Assembly (NCBI GenBank): GCA_045600445.1
Contig: JAZRXZ010000052.1
Location: forward strand, 18,771-82,770
Direction of reading: 5' to 3'
DNA from: Bacteroidales bacterium
Lineage (GTDB): Bacteria; Bacteroidota; Bacteroidia; Bacteroidales; UBA3663
Length of the DNA: 64,000 nt
This document shows, one piece after another, positions 24,203 through 32,183 of the stretch (positions within the stretch are counted from its first letter, which is position 1; each line of letters begins with the position of its first letter). The translations under genes were made by a program, and so were the position numbers. The notes beneath the pieces were generated by a model, which was given only the letters and a program-made list of their open reading frames with translations, did no database searches and was not told the origin of the DNA.

Positions 24203-24730
24203 TTACCATTTGCAGTAAGGTACCTTACAAAGCTGTGAATTGTAATATCGATGGTCACCAGTTACTTCTTCACCAATCCATGCAGGGAGCGTGAAGTGGA
24301 CATCTTCGCTGGGAACTTCCAGTTCGGCCACAATAAGTCCTTCGTTATCTCCGTGAAACTCATCTACTTCCCAATGCAGACCTTCTACTATTGTGCCATC
24401 AGCTCGTGTCGCGGTGCATGGATTTCCTGAGGTATCCTTACATGATTCTATTGGAATGACATAGCGATTCTTCTCAATCTGAGGTTGTGCGCACATCAAA
24501 GAGAGCATTTGCTGAGCGTCTGCAACGGGTATCTCGTATTCAAACTCGTGACGTGTGAGTCCTACAGCATGGTCTTTGAACGTAGTAAAAGCGCGTTCTC
24601 CAGCAATGCGAATACGTACCGTCATACCATTGACTGTAGGGATATAACCCTGACGGTAGTAGGTACTTTTGGCCAGCTGACGGAAGGTGTCAGACTTAAT
24701 TAAGAATTTTCTTTCTATCTCTTTTCCCAT
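24203..24730 (-). CDS. CYTH-domain protein (triphosphate tunnel metalloenzyme / CyaB-like)
   Basis: N-terminal EIERKFL (ExExK) signature and a length consistent with an 8-strand tunnel domain. Confidence 0.8.
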   Translation of the reverse strand: MGKEIERKFLIKSDTFRQLAKSTYYRQGYIPTVNGMTVRIRIAGERAFTTFKDHAVGLTRHEFEYEIPVADAQQMLSLMCAQPQIEKNRYVIPIESCKDTSGNPCTATRADGTIVEGLHWEVDEFHGDNEGLIVAELEVPSEDVHFTLPAWIGEEVTGDHRYYNSQLCKVPYCKW

Positions 24731-24786
24731 ATTTTGGACAATTATTCGATATCGTTTATTAGAAAACCTAAAATAAGAATTAAAAA

Positions 24787-24846
24787 ATATGTTCTACAGC
24801 ATATTTTCTTCAAAAATTAAATACAAAAATATGTTCTACAACATGT
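24787..24846. promoter_or_regulatory. Two copies of an 18-bp palindromic box ATATGTTCTACA(G/A)CAT(A/G)T, 42 bp apart
   Basis: Copies at 24787-24804 and 24829-24846 share the 17-mer AAAAATATGTTCTACA. They lie upstream of the CYTH gene (minus) and of the orphan -7 box (plus). Confidence 0.5.
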
Positions 24847-24894
24847 TTGCGCATTTTTCTTGCAGAATAATTTGGAAAACTAACTCAAAAACCA

Positions 24895-25019
24895 TATCTT
24901 TGCATCAACAAAAATATATAAATTGATGGCAATATTAAAGATATAGTCTTAAGTCTTACATCGTAGAAAAAACATACTTGGAGGATCCTACTCGTTGAGA
25001 GTGGGATCTCTTCTTTTTT
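24895..25019 (+). ncRNA. Candidate small RNA: orphan -7 box TATCTTTG (24895-24902) to a hairpin plus T-run (24983-25019)
   Basis: Exact TAnnTTTG with no plus-strand CDS. About 110 nt downstream lies hairpin GATCCTACT/AGTGGGATC followed by TCTTCTTTTTT. The hairpin could equally be the bidirectional terminator of the gene ending at 25038. Confidence 0.35.
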
Positions 25020-25037
25020 ATATGTTCTTATTCTGCT

Positions 25038-25967
25038 TCATGATTGAACCATGCTGAGAATATCACGGTGAATCTTTGAGATTTCATCGTACTCGCCGAA
25101 ATAGAGCTGACTGGTAAGTTCTTTCTCAAAGTGTTTGTTGAATTTCGAACCTTGTGACACAATCAGATCATAGAGCTGATGGCCTCTCACGAAAAGATAG
25201 CAGTTGTCTTGGTGTACACCTTGTGCATTGCAGCGAGCCTCATACCAGGTGGTATCAGCGTCTGGGTAGGTTTGCTTGAGATGCTTTAGAAGCTTTGAGC
25301 AACGTTCACGCAACAAGCGTAAGACCGAATCACCATTATGATATATTGAGCGATGTCCCAAAGGAAGAGCAAGAATGCGATGGAAGACTTTCTGAGGGAA
25401 AGCATCTTCGCCGACTTCCTGCAGGTAGAGCTGCCATACCAGAAGAGGATATACGGCATAGGAATAACTCTTCAGGAACTTTTCGAAAGAAAACTCCGGG
25501 AGAGGAGCCATTGCTTTTTCCTGTTGCTTTGCCTCTTCTTCTCTTGCCACATCTATGGCGCGTTGACAATTTTTATAGTAACAGAAATGATTTTCAAAGC
25601 TATAGGTGTAGGTCTGCAGTACGTAGTGATTAGCGTCAATGCCGCACTCCTCGGTCAGATAGCGGTAATCAGAGTCAATGGCAATCCAGAAACGTTGATC
25701 CAGAAATTCACGGTATTGTAGGCACTGAGTGCAGCCGGCAGTCATATTGCCACTGAAACTGCGACTGGCTGAAATGAAACGGAATTTCCCTTGAGGATAG
25801 GCCTCATGGAGTACCTTTCCCCAGAAGATCTCATCATTCTTATTCTCGATATGAATTGCCGCAGTAGCCCCCGTCAGACGACATTCCGCCTTGAAGCGCT
25901 TGGCAGCACTCTCATAGAAGGCGCGTTTCTCGCTGTTTGAGACGCGTGTGCGGGGTTCGAGATTCAT
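25038..25967 (-). CDS. DUF4435-like (OLD/AriB-type TOPRIM) protein
   Basis: TOPRIM-like acidic motifs in DUF4435 order: IHIENKNDEIFWGKVL (Glu), WIAIDSDYRYL (DxD), YTYSFENHF (YS-ENy-type motif). Confidence 0.6.
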   Translation of the reverse strand: MNLEPRTRVSNSEKRAFYESAAKRFKAECRLTGATAAIHIENKNDEIFWGKVLHEAYPQGKFRFISASRSFSGNMTAGCTQCLQYREFLDQRFWIAIDSDYRYLTEECGIDANHYVLQTYTYSFENHFCYYKNCQRAIDVAREEEAKQQEKAMAPLPEFSFEKFLKSYSYAVYPLLVWQLYLQEVGEDAFPQKVFHRILALPLGHRSIYHNGDSVLRLLRERCSKLLKHLKQTYPDADTTWYEARCNAQGVHQDNCYLFVRGHQLYDLIVSQGSKFNKHFEKELTSQLYFGEYDEISKIHRDILSMVQS

Positions 25968-25994
25968 GGTTGATTCTAATTGTGTAGGATAGGA

Positions 25995-26576
25995 TTAAAT
26001 AGCCAAGGAGATGTTGTGTTCGGCAGCCATGTTTCTCATATTGATGATGGCATATCGTACACGTCCTAAAGCTGTATTGATACTGATCTGCAGCTTTTCG
26101 GCAATATCTTTGAACGACATATCCTCGTAGAAACGCATGCGTATGATTTCTTGCTGATTCTCAGGTAGGAACTTGATCAGACGGCGCACGTCACGAAGCA
26201 CCTGGTCGTAAGACACACGTTCTTCGAGCGACTGGTCGCAGAGTTCCTTGTCATTGAAGATATCGTAACCCGCCTCGGTAGGGCTGATAAACTGTGCTGT
26301 CTGCTCCTGACGGTAGATGTCGACGATGAGGTTATGAGCCAAGCGGAAGAGGAAGCCCTGGAAGCGTCCTTTCTCTGTATAACCCTTGCTCTTGAGCGTG
26401 ACAATGACACGAGTGAAGGTGTCCTGGAAGACGTCTTCGGTAACTTCGCGGTTCTGCACAATCATATATATATAATTGTACAGCTTGTCCTTGTAACGGT
26501 TGAGCAACTCATCAAATGCCTGATTGTTTCCCTCTATGAAAAGAGAAATAAGCACGTCATCAGTAAGATTTTTCAT
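25995..26576 (-). CDS. RNA polymerase sigma-70 family factor (ECF type)
   Basis: Region 2 (YNYIYMIV...DVFQDTF) and region 4 HTH (MSFKDIAEKLQISINTALGRVRYA). Confidence 0.85.
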   Translation of the reverse strand: MKNLTDDVLISLFIEGNNQAFDELLNRYKDKLYNYIYMIVQNREVTEDVFQDTFTRVIVTLKSKGYTEKGRFQGFLFRLAHNLIVDIYRQEQTAQFISPTEAGYDIFNDKELCDQSLEERVSYDQVLRDVRRLIKFLPENQQEIIRMRFYEDMSFKDIAEKLQISINTALGRVRYAIINMRNMAAEHNISLAI

Positions 26577-26780
26577 CTTTTGATCTACTTTATAATTCTT
26601 AAGGAGTAGAACTGTTTCGATAGGCGGAAAGTCGAAATTATAGGGTTTATGATTATTATTCTGTTTGCAAATATGGCATTTTTTTCGATATGTTGGTCTA
26701 TAAATTGGTAAAAATCGCTTATTTTAAGTACTTTTTTCAATTTTTGAACAATTTTTTTGCCAACTTACACAATAAATTCG

Positions 26781-26788
26781 TATTTTTG
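26781..26788 (+). promoter_or_regulatory. -7 box (TATTTTTG) for the nucleotidyltransferase/ATPase operon
   Basis: Exact TAnnTTTG about 79 nt upstream of the ATG at 26867, in the 290-bp divergent intergenic region. Confidence 0.5.
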
Positions 26789-26866
26789 CAGTAGAAATTA
26801 TGAGTAATTAGGTCGTCTCATCAGATAGATGAACCGCCTTGTAAAAAACGATTTATTATTATTAAA

Positions 26867-27769
26867 ATGAAACCAACACTCTTTGTACTTGCTGCCGGTA
26901 TGGGCAGCCGCTATGGTGGACTTAAGCAGCTCGATGGCCTCGGACCTAACGGTGAGACCATTATGGACTATAGTATCTACGACGCTATTCAGGCCGGTTT
27001 CGGCAAGGTAGTCTTTGTTATCCGTCGTGTATTCGAACAGGACTTCCGCGAGAAGATCGTCTCTAAGTATGAGGGTCGCATCCCAGTAGAGCTCGTATTC
27101 CAGGACCTTGATAACTTGCCAGCTGGCTTCAAGGTGCCAGAGGGTCGTGAGAAGCCATGGGGTACTAACCACGCTGTGCTGATGGGCAAGGATGCTATCA
27201 AGGAGCCATTCGCAGTCATCAACGCTGACGACTATTACGGAAGCGAGTCATTCAAGGTGCTGGCTGACTACCTCACCAGCATTGAGGGTACTGAAGGCAA
27301 GTACGCTATGGTCGGCTATCGTGTATGCAATACCCTTTCTGAGGGCGGTACCGTGGCTCGTGGTGTCTGTGAGACCAATGCAGAGGGTTACCTTACCAAG
27401 GTCACTGAGCGCACCAAGATCCTTCGCGAGGAGGATGGTGTAATCCGCTTCATCGAGGAGGACGGCAAGACCGCTTTGGCAGAGAATACTCCTGTATCTA
27501 TGAATATGTGGGCTTTGACCCCTGACTATTTCCGTCATTCTGAGGAGTATTTCATCGAGTTCCTCAAGGAGCATGGCCAGGAGCTCAAGTCTGAGTTCTT
27601 CATCCCACTCATGGTCGATGTCCTCATCAACTCAGGCAAGGCTACCTGCAAGGTACTTGACACTCCATCAAAGTGGTTCGGCGTGACCTACGCTACAGAT
27701 CGTCCCGCCGTTGTTGCTAAGTTCAAGGAGCTCCACGAGCAGGGGCTGTATCCTAATAAGCTGTTCTAA
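26867..27769 (+). CDS. Sugar-phosphate nucleotidyltransferase family protein
   Basis: N-terminal LAAGMGSRYGGLKQL (GxGxR NTP-transferase signature) with a Rossmann-like fold pattern. Confidence 0.75.
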   Translation: MKPTLFVLAAGMGSRYGGLKQLDGLGPNGETIMDYSIYDAIQAGFGKVVFVIRRVFEQDFREKIVSKYEGRIPVELVFQDLDNLPAGFKVPEGREKPWGTNHAVLMGKDAIKEPFAVINADDYYGSESFKVLADYLTSIEGTEGKYAMVGYRVCNTLSEGGTVARGVCETNAEGYLTKVTERTKILREEDGVIRFIEEDGKTALAENTPVSMNMWALTPDYFRHSEEYFIEFLKEHGQELKSEFFIPLMVDVLINSGKATCKVLDTPSKWFGVTYATDRPAVVAKFKELHEQGLYPNKLF

Positions 27770-27787
27770 TTCTTTTGAGCAATCAGT

Positions 27788-28624
27788 ATGAGCAATCTTC
27801 ACATTACCGATATCGTTATTGAGAGTATGTGGGGCGATACCACCTTGGAGTGGCATGGCCTTGATCCTGGCGTCAACATCGTCGTCGGTCAGAACGGCTT
27901 TGGTAAGTCGACGATGCTCAACCTCATCCGCGCCGTCCTGATGAAGGACGACAAGTTTGTCAAGCAGCTCAAGGCTAAGGTCTCTATCACGACTACTGCA
28001 GGAGAGATGACGTTCGATGGTAAGCAGATGGTTCACAAGCCTGCTTTTGGCGGCTATGACAGCCCTGCCTGTTTCTACTACGTCAATACGTTCGATGTGC
28101 CGGCCAGCAAGAAGTCTTCGCTCTCGCAGCTAGGACTCACGCTCGATCAGGTTCTCTATCAGCGCAATCCGGATGTTTTTTCATTCTCTGACTATCGTCT
28201 AGGAATGCTTAAGGACCTACGTTCTGCGTTGGCTAAGCAGGAGCGTATCGATAAGTTCTTCGAGCTCATTAACTCGCTCTTTGTCAACACGGGCAAGACC
28301 ATCGAGATTGATGATAAGAACCGAGTCATCTTCCGCAAGGGTGACCTCATCATCGAGATGGAGCGCCTCTCAGCAGGTGAGAAGCAGATTCTGCTGCTCC
28401 TCTTCACGCTCTTCCTCATGGAAGATAAGCCTACGGTACTTCTTCTTGACGAACCGGAAATTTCTCTGCACATTGAATGGCAGGATCGCCTCATCTCGCT
28501 CATGAGCGAACTGAATCCTAACTGTCAGATCATCATGACTACCCACTCGCCAAATATCTTTGCGGATGGATGGGAAGACAAACTGACGTTTATCAGTGAT
28601 CTTGTCGTTACAAACCCTGAATAA
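27788..28624 (+). CDS. Small ABC-type/AAA_21-like ATPase (278 aa)
   Basis: Walker A GQNGFGKST, signature-like LSAGEKQ, Walker B LLLDEPEISLH and H-loop TTHSP. It lies 18 bp after the nucleotidyltransferase gene. Confidence 0.8.
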   Translation: MSNLHITDIVIESMWGDTTLEWHGLDPGVNIVVGQNGFGKSTMLNLIRAVLMKDDKFVKQLKAKVSITTTAGEMTFDGKQMVHKPAFGGYDSPACFYYVNTFDVPASKKSSLSQLGLTLDQVLYQRNPDVFSFSDYRLGMLKDLRSALAKQERIDKFFELINSLFVNTGKTIEIDDKNRVIFRKGDLIIEMERLSAGEKQILLLLFTLFLMEDKPTVLLLDEPEISLHIEWQDRLISLMSELNPNCQIIMTTHSPNIFADGWEDKLTFISDLVVTNPE

Positions 28625-28630
28625 AAACAA

Positions 28631-28836
28631 AATCCTGACATTGTGTACGCAATGTCAGGATTTTTCTTCTTGGCATCCTTTCTACGGTACGGTGGAAGGG
28701 ATGCCTTTATCGTTGAAGCTGACATCTGGTACGTAATGTCAGCTTCCGACATGTACGAATCTAACACTAGGGACGTAGTGTTAGATCCATATAATTAGGC
28801 ATCCTCTACACGGTACACTGTAGAGGATGCCTTTTT
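28631..28836. repeat. Array of five consecutive hairpins (H1 28631-28662, H2 28672-28705, H3 28715-28746, H4 28760-28785, H5 28797-28832). Stems differ, and four of the five have a GTAC apex
   Basis: H1 and H5 are followed by T-runs on the plus strand. H2 and H5 share outer GGCATCC/GGATGCC stems with the hairpin at 19637-19670. Confidence 0.8.
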
Positions 28837-28878
28837 GTTTTATATCAACACAATGAACGAAGTGTTGATTTCTTATGA

Positions 28879-30873
28879 TCAGAACTGGAAGTAGATAAAT
28901 GGCTGCATCTCTGCCGTGACAAACTGGTAGACAATAAAGACTACCAGCACAGAGACAATCATCATCAATGGCAGAGGCATCTTGGCAAAGCAGAGACGGT
29001 AGCGACGCTTGAAGTTCTCTGGCAGCCAGTGGATGGTCATACCGAAGACGAAGAGTGCAAAGACGGTCCAGTATGCTGAGATGACTTCCCATGGATTGAC
29101 TGTCCATGCTGTTCCAATCTGATGAATCATGTTAGTTGCTATGTTCCAGGCCGTCTCGTTGGCAATGGCTGGATCAAGGTTCGAACCAGAGCGGAAGAAG
29201 AGACGGGTGAAAGTGATGAAGGTGAAGGTCACCAGAATGTTCCAGGAGCGCTGTGTGCCATTGGCAAAAGTGGTGAATCGTTCACGATCCTGCTGCGTGA
29301 AGTAGAACTGCCACAGAGTCTTAACAATCATGCAGATGAGTATGAATGTGTCGGCAATTAGGAAGACATTCCAGAGCGGGAGGAACGTCTCATTAGAGTA
29401 GCGTCGTACGATGAGCAGGATGCACAGGATGTAAGCGGTGAAGATACAACGCTTGATGGTGTGCATATCACGCCAGAACTTAAAGACGACCATACCGACA
29501 CCATTGAGACCACCCCAGATCATGAAGTTGCACGAAGCTCCGTGCCAGAGACCACCCAGAAGCATGGTAATCATCGAGTTCATGTTGGCGTAGATATGAC
29601 GGCGTTTCTCTGGTTTGCGCAACGCTGTGATGAGCGTAAGGCAAGTGATGAGGAGCACGACGGTAGCTACGACCCATGATCCGCTGAGTATCAGCGCAGC
29701 AATGGTGATGATAGCAATCCAGAACCAGGTGCCGAACGTGATGTTGCGATTGCCACCCAGTGGGATGTAGAGATAGGTCTGCAGCCAGCGGCTGAGCGAG
29801 ATATGCCAGCGCTTCCAGAAGTTCTGTGCATTCTCGGCCTTATAAGGTGAATTGAAGTTCTTTGGCAGATAGAATCCCATCATCATCGAAAGTCCGATGG
29901 CAATGTCGGTGTATCCTGAGAAGTCGGCATAAACCTGCAATGAGTAGGTGAAGAGTGCTGCGAGATTCTCAAAACCACTGAAGAGCTGAGGATTCGCAAA
30001 GACTCGATCAATGAAGTTGACGGCCAGATAGTCAGAGAGGACAATCTTCTTGGTAAGACCATTGAGGATCCAGAATACGGCAATACCGAATTGTGTGCGG
30101 CTTAGCGCATAACGACGATAGAGCTGTGGAATGAAATCAGATGCCTTGATGATAGGACCTGCTACGAGCTGAGGAAAGAAACTGACATAGAAGCCGAAGT
30201 CGAAGATATTGCGTACCGGCTTGATGATACCTTTATATACATCGGCCGTGTAGCTGATGACCTGGAAGGTATAGAACGAGATACCTACAGGCAACACAAT
30301 CCTGTCGACACTCCAGAACGGGCGACCGATGGCCTGGTTGGCCAGCTTGGCAGCGATGTTGGTGACTTCGAACTGTGTGCCACACATCTGGTTGATGAGG
30401 TCAACAAAGAAGTAACTGTACTTGAAGTAGCAGAGGATACCCAGGTCTATGGCGACGCTCAGACAGAGCAATGCGAGGGCCTTATAACTACGCGAAACAC
30501 GCTCTTCGCCATCCTCCGACTTCTTCGACCATCGTATATGATAGATTCCTTGTGCGATGAGATAATCCGTGCAAGTAACAAGGATGAGCAGACCTACAAA
30601 GAGTCCGCTGGTCTTGTAATAGAAGAGCAGCGAGATGAGGAAGAGATAGCCGTTGCGCATCACACGATGCCAACCAGCCAGGTTTGTTCCTTTCGTTTTC
30701 TTCAGCGAGCCAGCTACAATGGCAAATCCTATAAAGACGACGGCAAGGAACGCCCAGAAGCGGAACTGGGTGAAGAGGAGCGGAGAGTTGGGATCAAATG
30801 CAAAGATATTGAGCAGATAATCTCCGACCAGACGTAGCATTTCTTCCATGCTGTCAATATTCAGATAGTTCAC
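28879..30873 (-). CDS. MBOAT family O-acyltransferase (AlgI/PatA-like) with an extended C-terminal membrane region
   Basis: Polytopic membrane protein with MBOAT core motifs (FWKRWHISLSRWL...YIPLGGN...LGGLWHGA). Confidence 0.85.
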   Translation of the reverse strand: MNYLNIDSMEEMLRLVGDYLLNIFAFDPNSPLLFTQFRFWAFLAVVFIGFAIVAGSLKKTKGTNLAGWHRVMRNGYLFLISLLFYYKTSGLFVGLLILVTCTDYLIAQGIYHIRWSKKSEDGEERVSRSYKALALLCLSVAIDLGILCYFKYSYFFVDLINQMCGTQFEVTNIAAKLANQAIGRPFWSVDRIVLPVGISFYTFQVISYTADVYKGIIKPVRNIFDFGFYVSFFPQLVAGPIIKASDFIPQLYRRYALSRTQFGIAVFWILNGLTKKIVLSDYLAVNFIDRVFANPQLFSGFENLAALFTYSLQVYADFSGYTDIAIGLSMMMGFYLPKNFNSPYKAENAQNFWKRWHISLSRWLQTYLYIPLGGNRNITFGTWFWIAIITIAALILSGSWVVATVVLLITCLTLITALRKPEKRRHIYANMNSMITMLLGGLWHGASCNFMIWGGLNGVGMVVFKFWRDMHTIKRCIFTAYILCILLIVRRYSNETFLPLWNVFLIADTFILICMIVKTLWQFYFTQQDRERFTTFANGTQRSWNILVTFTFITFTRLFFRSGSNLDPAIANETAWNIATNMIHQIGTAWTVNPWEVISAYWTVFALFVFGMTIHWLPENFKRRYRLCFAKMPLPLMMIVSVLVVFIVYQFVTAEMQPFIYFQF

Positions 30874-32165
30874 TTATAATAGTTTTGATAGTTTCGTTCA
30901 ATAGCGTTATATAGAAGATCTCCAATGAGTTTGTATCCTTCGTTAGTAAAATGGATACGGTCTTTCTTCATCAAGCCTTCCTCGACCCATTTCTCAGAAC
31001 TCTTGATACCTCCCATGAGTCCGTAGACGTCAAAGACAGCTCCGTTCAGTTCCGTTGCCAGCTCCATCATGGCCTGACGAACTCGCTCTGTATTAGGGTT
31101 GGCAATCTTCTTGGCGCGACGGCCTTTGCCAATGGAGAAGGCGCAGTCGTTGTTGGTGATAAACAACAGACAAGCCTCAGGATTGACGCTTCGGATGCGG
31201 TTGATGAGCTGACGATACTGAGCCTTGAAAACCTCAGGATCAAACTCAAGCATCGGTACGTTAGCGTCATTAATGCCTATACCGAAGACAACCAGGTCTG
31301 GAGCAATCAAAGAAAGTTCTTCCTCAAAACGAGGACCTGTGCGAAGCCAAGAAGGTACGGAAGCTCCGTTGATGCCACTCTCAGTATAAGTAATACCGTG
31401 ACGCTCAGAGCGAGGTAACATGCCATGCACTGTGAAGTAATGACGATCTTCTAATGGCTTGTAAGTCTTGCGGTTCTGCTTCGGACTTACCTTACGTGTC
31501 AAGCCGATGAATTGCAGTGTGACCAGGCTGTCTGGCTGTGGCAGATGGAATGTCCAAGAGTCTCGTACTCCAAGATGAGAAAGTATAGGATCTGCAAAAA
31601 GTGTGTCCTGCAAGCTGGTGATGAGGTACGGTATGACTGTCGTATCGCTGGCACATCCCTGGAGGGTCAATTGATTGAAGTTCCAGAGGCCTTCGTTGCC
31701 TAAATTGAGCGTGAGAGAAGCGTCACGGTCAGAGGTGATGGCCGCAGCACCACTCAGTCCTAACTCTGCATCTGGCTCTTTGCTGACGTTGCGTGAACCC
31801 TTCCAGAGTCCGGTGTATTCGTATCGATAGCCTTGAGGACTATTTGTCTTGATGGCACGGAACGGGAAAAGAAATCCTCGCTCGGCCAGAGGGGAGAAGT
31901 GCATACGTATGGTGTTGCTCAGTACTCCTGCCTGCACGTGACTGCCTCCTATATGGAGTACGTTGACGTTGTTTGACACAGAAGCATGAGTACGCAGGTC
32001 GAACCACTTGTCATGGAATGGCTTCAACGCGTCTTTCTTGCCAGGGAGAATGAGTTCCAGATGAGAGGAGTCAATAGGCCAGGTGGCGCGAGTTGTTATG
32101 TTATCTGTCTGAGCCGTAGCGGGTAGGGCCAGGACAGCCAGTAGTAAGATCAGCAGGATTGCCAT
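30870..32165 (-). CDS. SGNH/GDSL-like hydrolase or acyltransferase, secreted
   Basis: Signal peptide, blocks LHIGGSHV and FGIGINDAN plus DRIHFT (DxxH), and a 4-nt overlap with the MBOAT gene. Confidence 0.7.
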   Translation of the reverse strand: MAILLILLLAVLALPATAQTDNITTRATWPIDSSHLELILPGKKDALKPFHDKWFDLRTHASVSNNVNVLHIGGSHVQAGVLSNTIRMHFSPLAERGFLFPFRAIKTNSPQGYRYEYTGLWKGSRNVSKEPDAELGLSGAAAITSDRDASLTLNLGNEGLWNFNQLTLQGCASDTTVIPYLITSLQDTLFADPILSHLGVRDSWTFHLPQPDSLVTLQFIGLTRKVSPKQNRKTYKPLEDRHYFTVHGMLPRSERHGITYTESGINGASVPSWLRTGPRFEEELSLIAPDLVVFGIGINDANVPMLEFDPEVFKAQYRQLINRIRSVNPEACLLFITNNDCAFSIGKGRRAKKIANPNTERVRQAMMELATELNGAVFDVYGLMGGIKSSEKWVEEGLMKKDRIHFTNEGYKLIGDLLYNAIERNYQNYYK

Positions 32166-32183
32166 GTTTTCTTTAAGGGAAAT

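Noticed and set aside
25995-26577. Apparent 1-nt discrepancy between my manual position for the sigma-factor start codon (26575-26577) and the ORF track (26576)
   Set aside because: This is most likely my own counting error in the formatted sequence. The ORF-track coordinates are kept, and hand-derived coordinates elsewhere should be taken as +/-1-2 nt.
26867-27769. Nucleotidyltransferase as a CD-NTase/CBASS-like signalling enzyme next to the ATPase
   Set aside because: The N-terminal GxGxR (LAAGMGSRYGG) signature and overall pattern are those of sugar-1-phosphate nucleotidyltransferases. They are not those of Pol-beta-fold cGAS/DncV-like enzymes.
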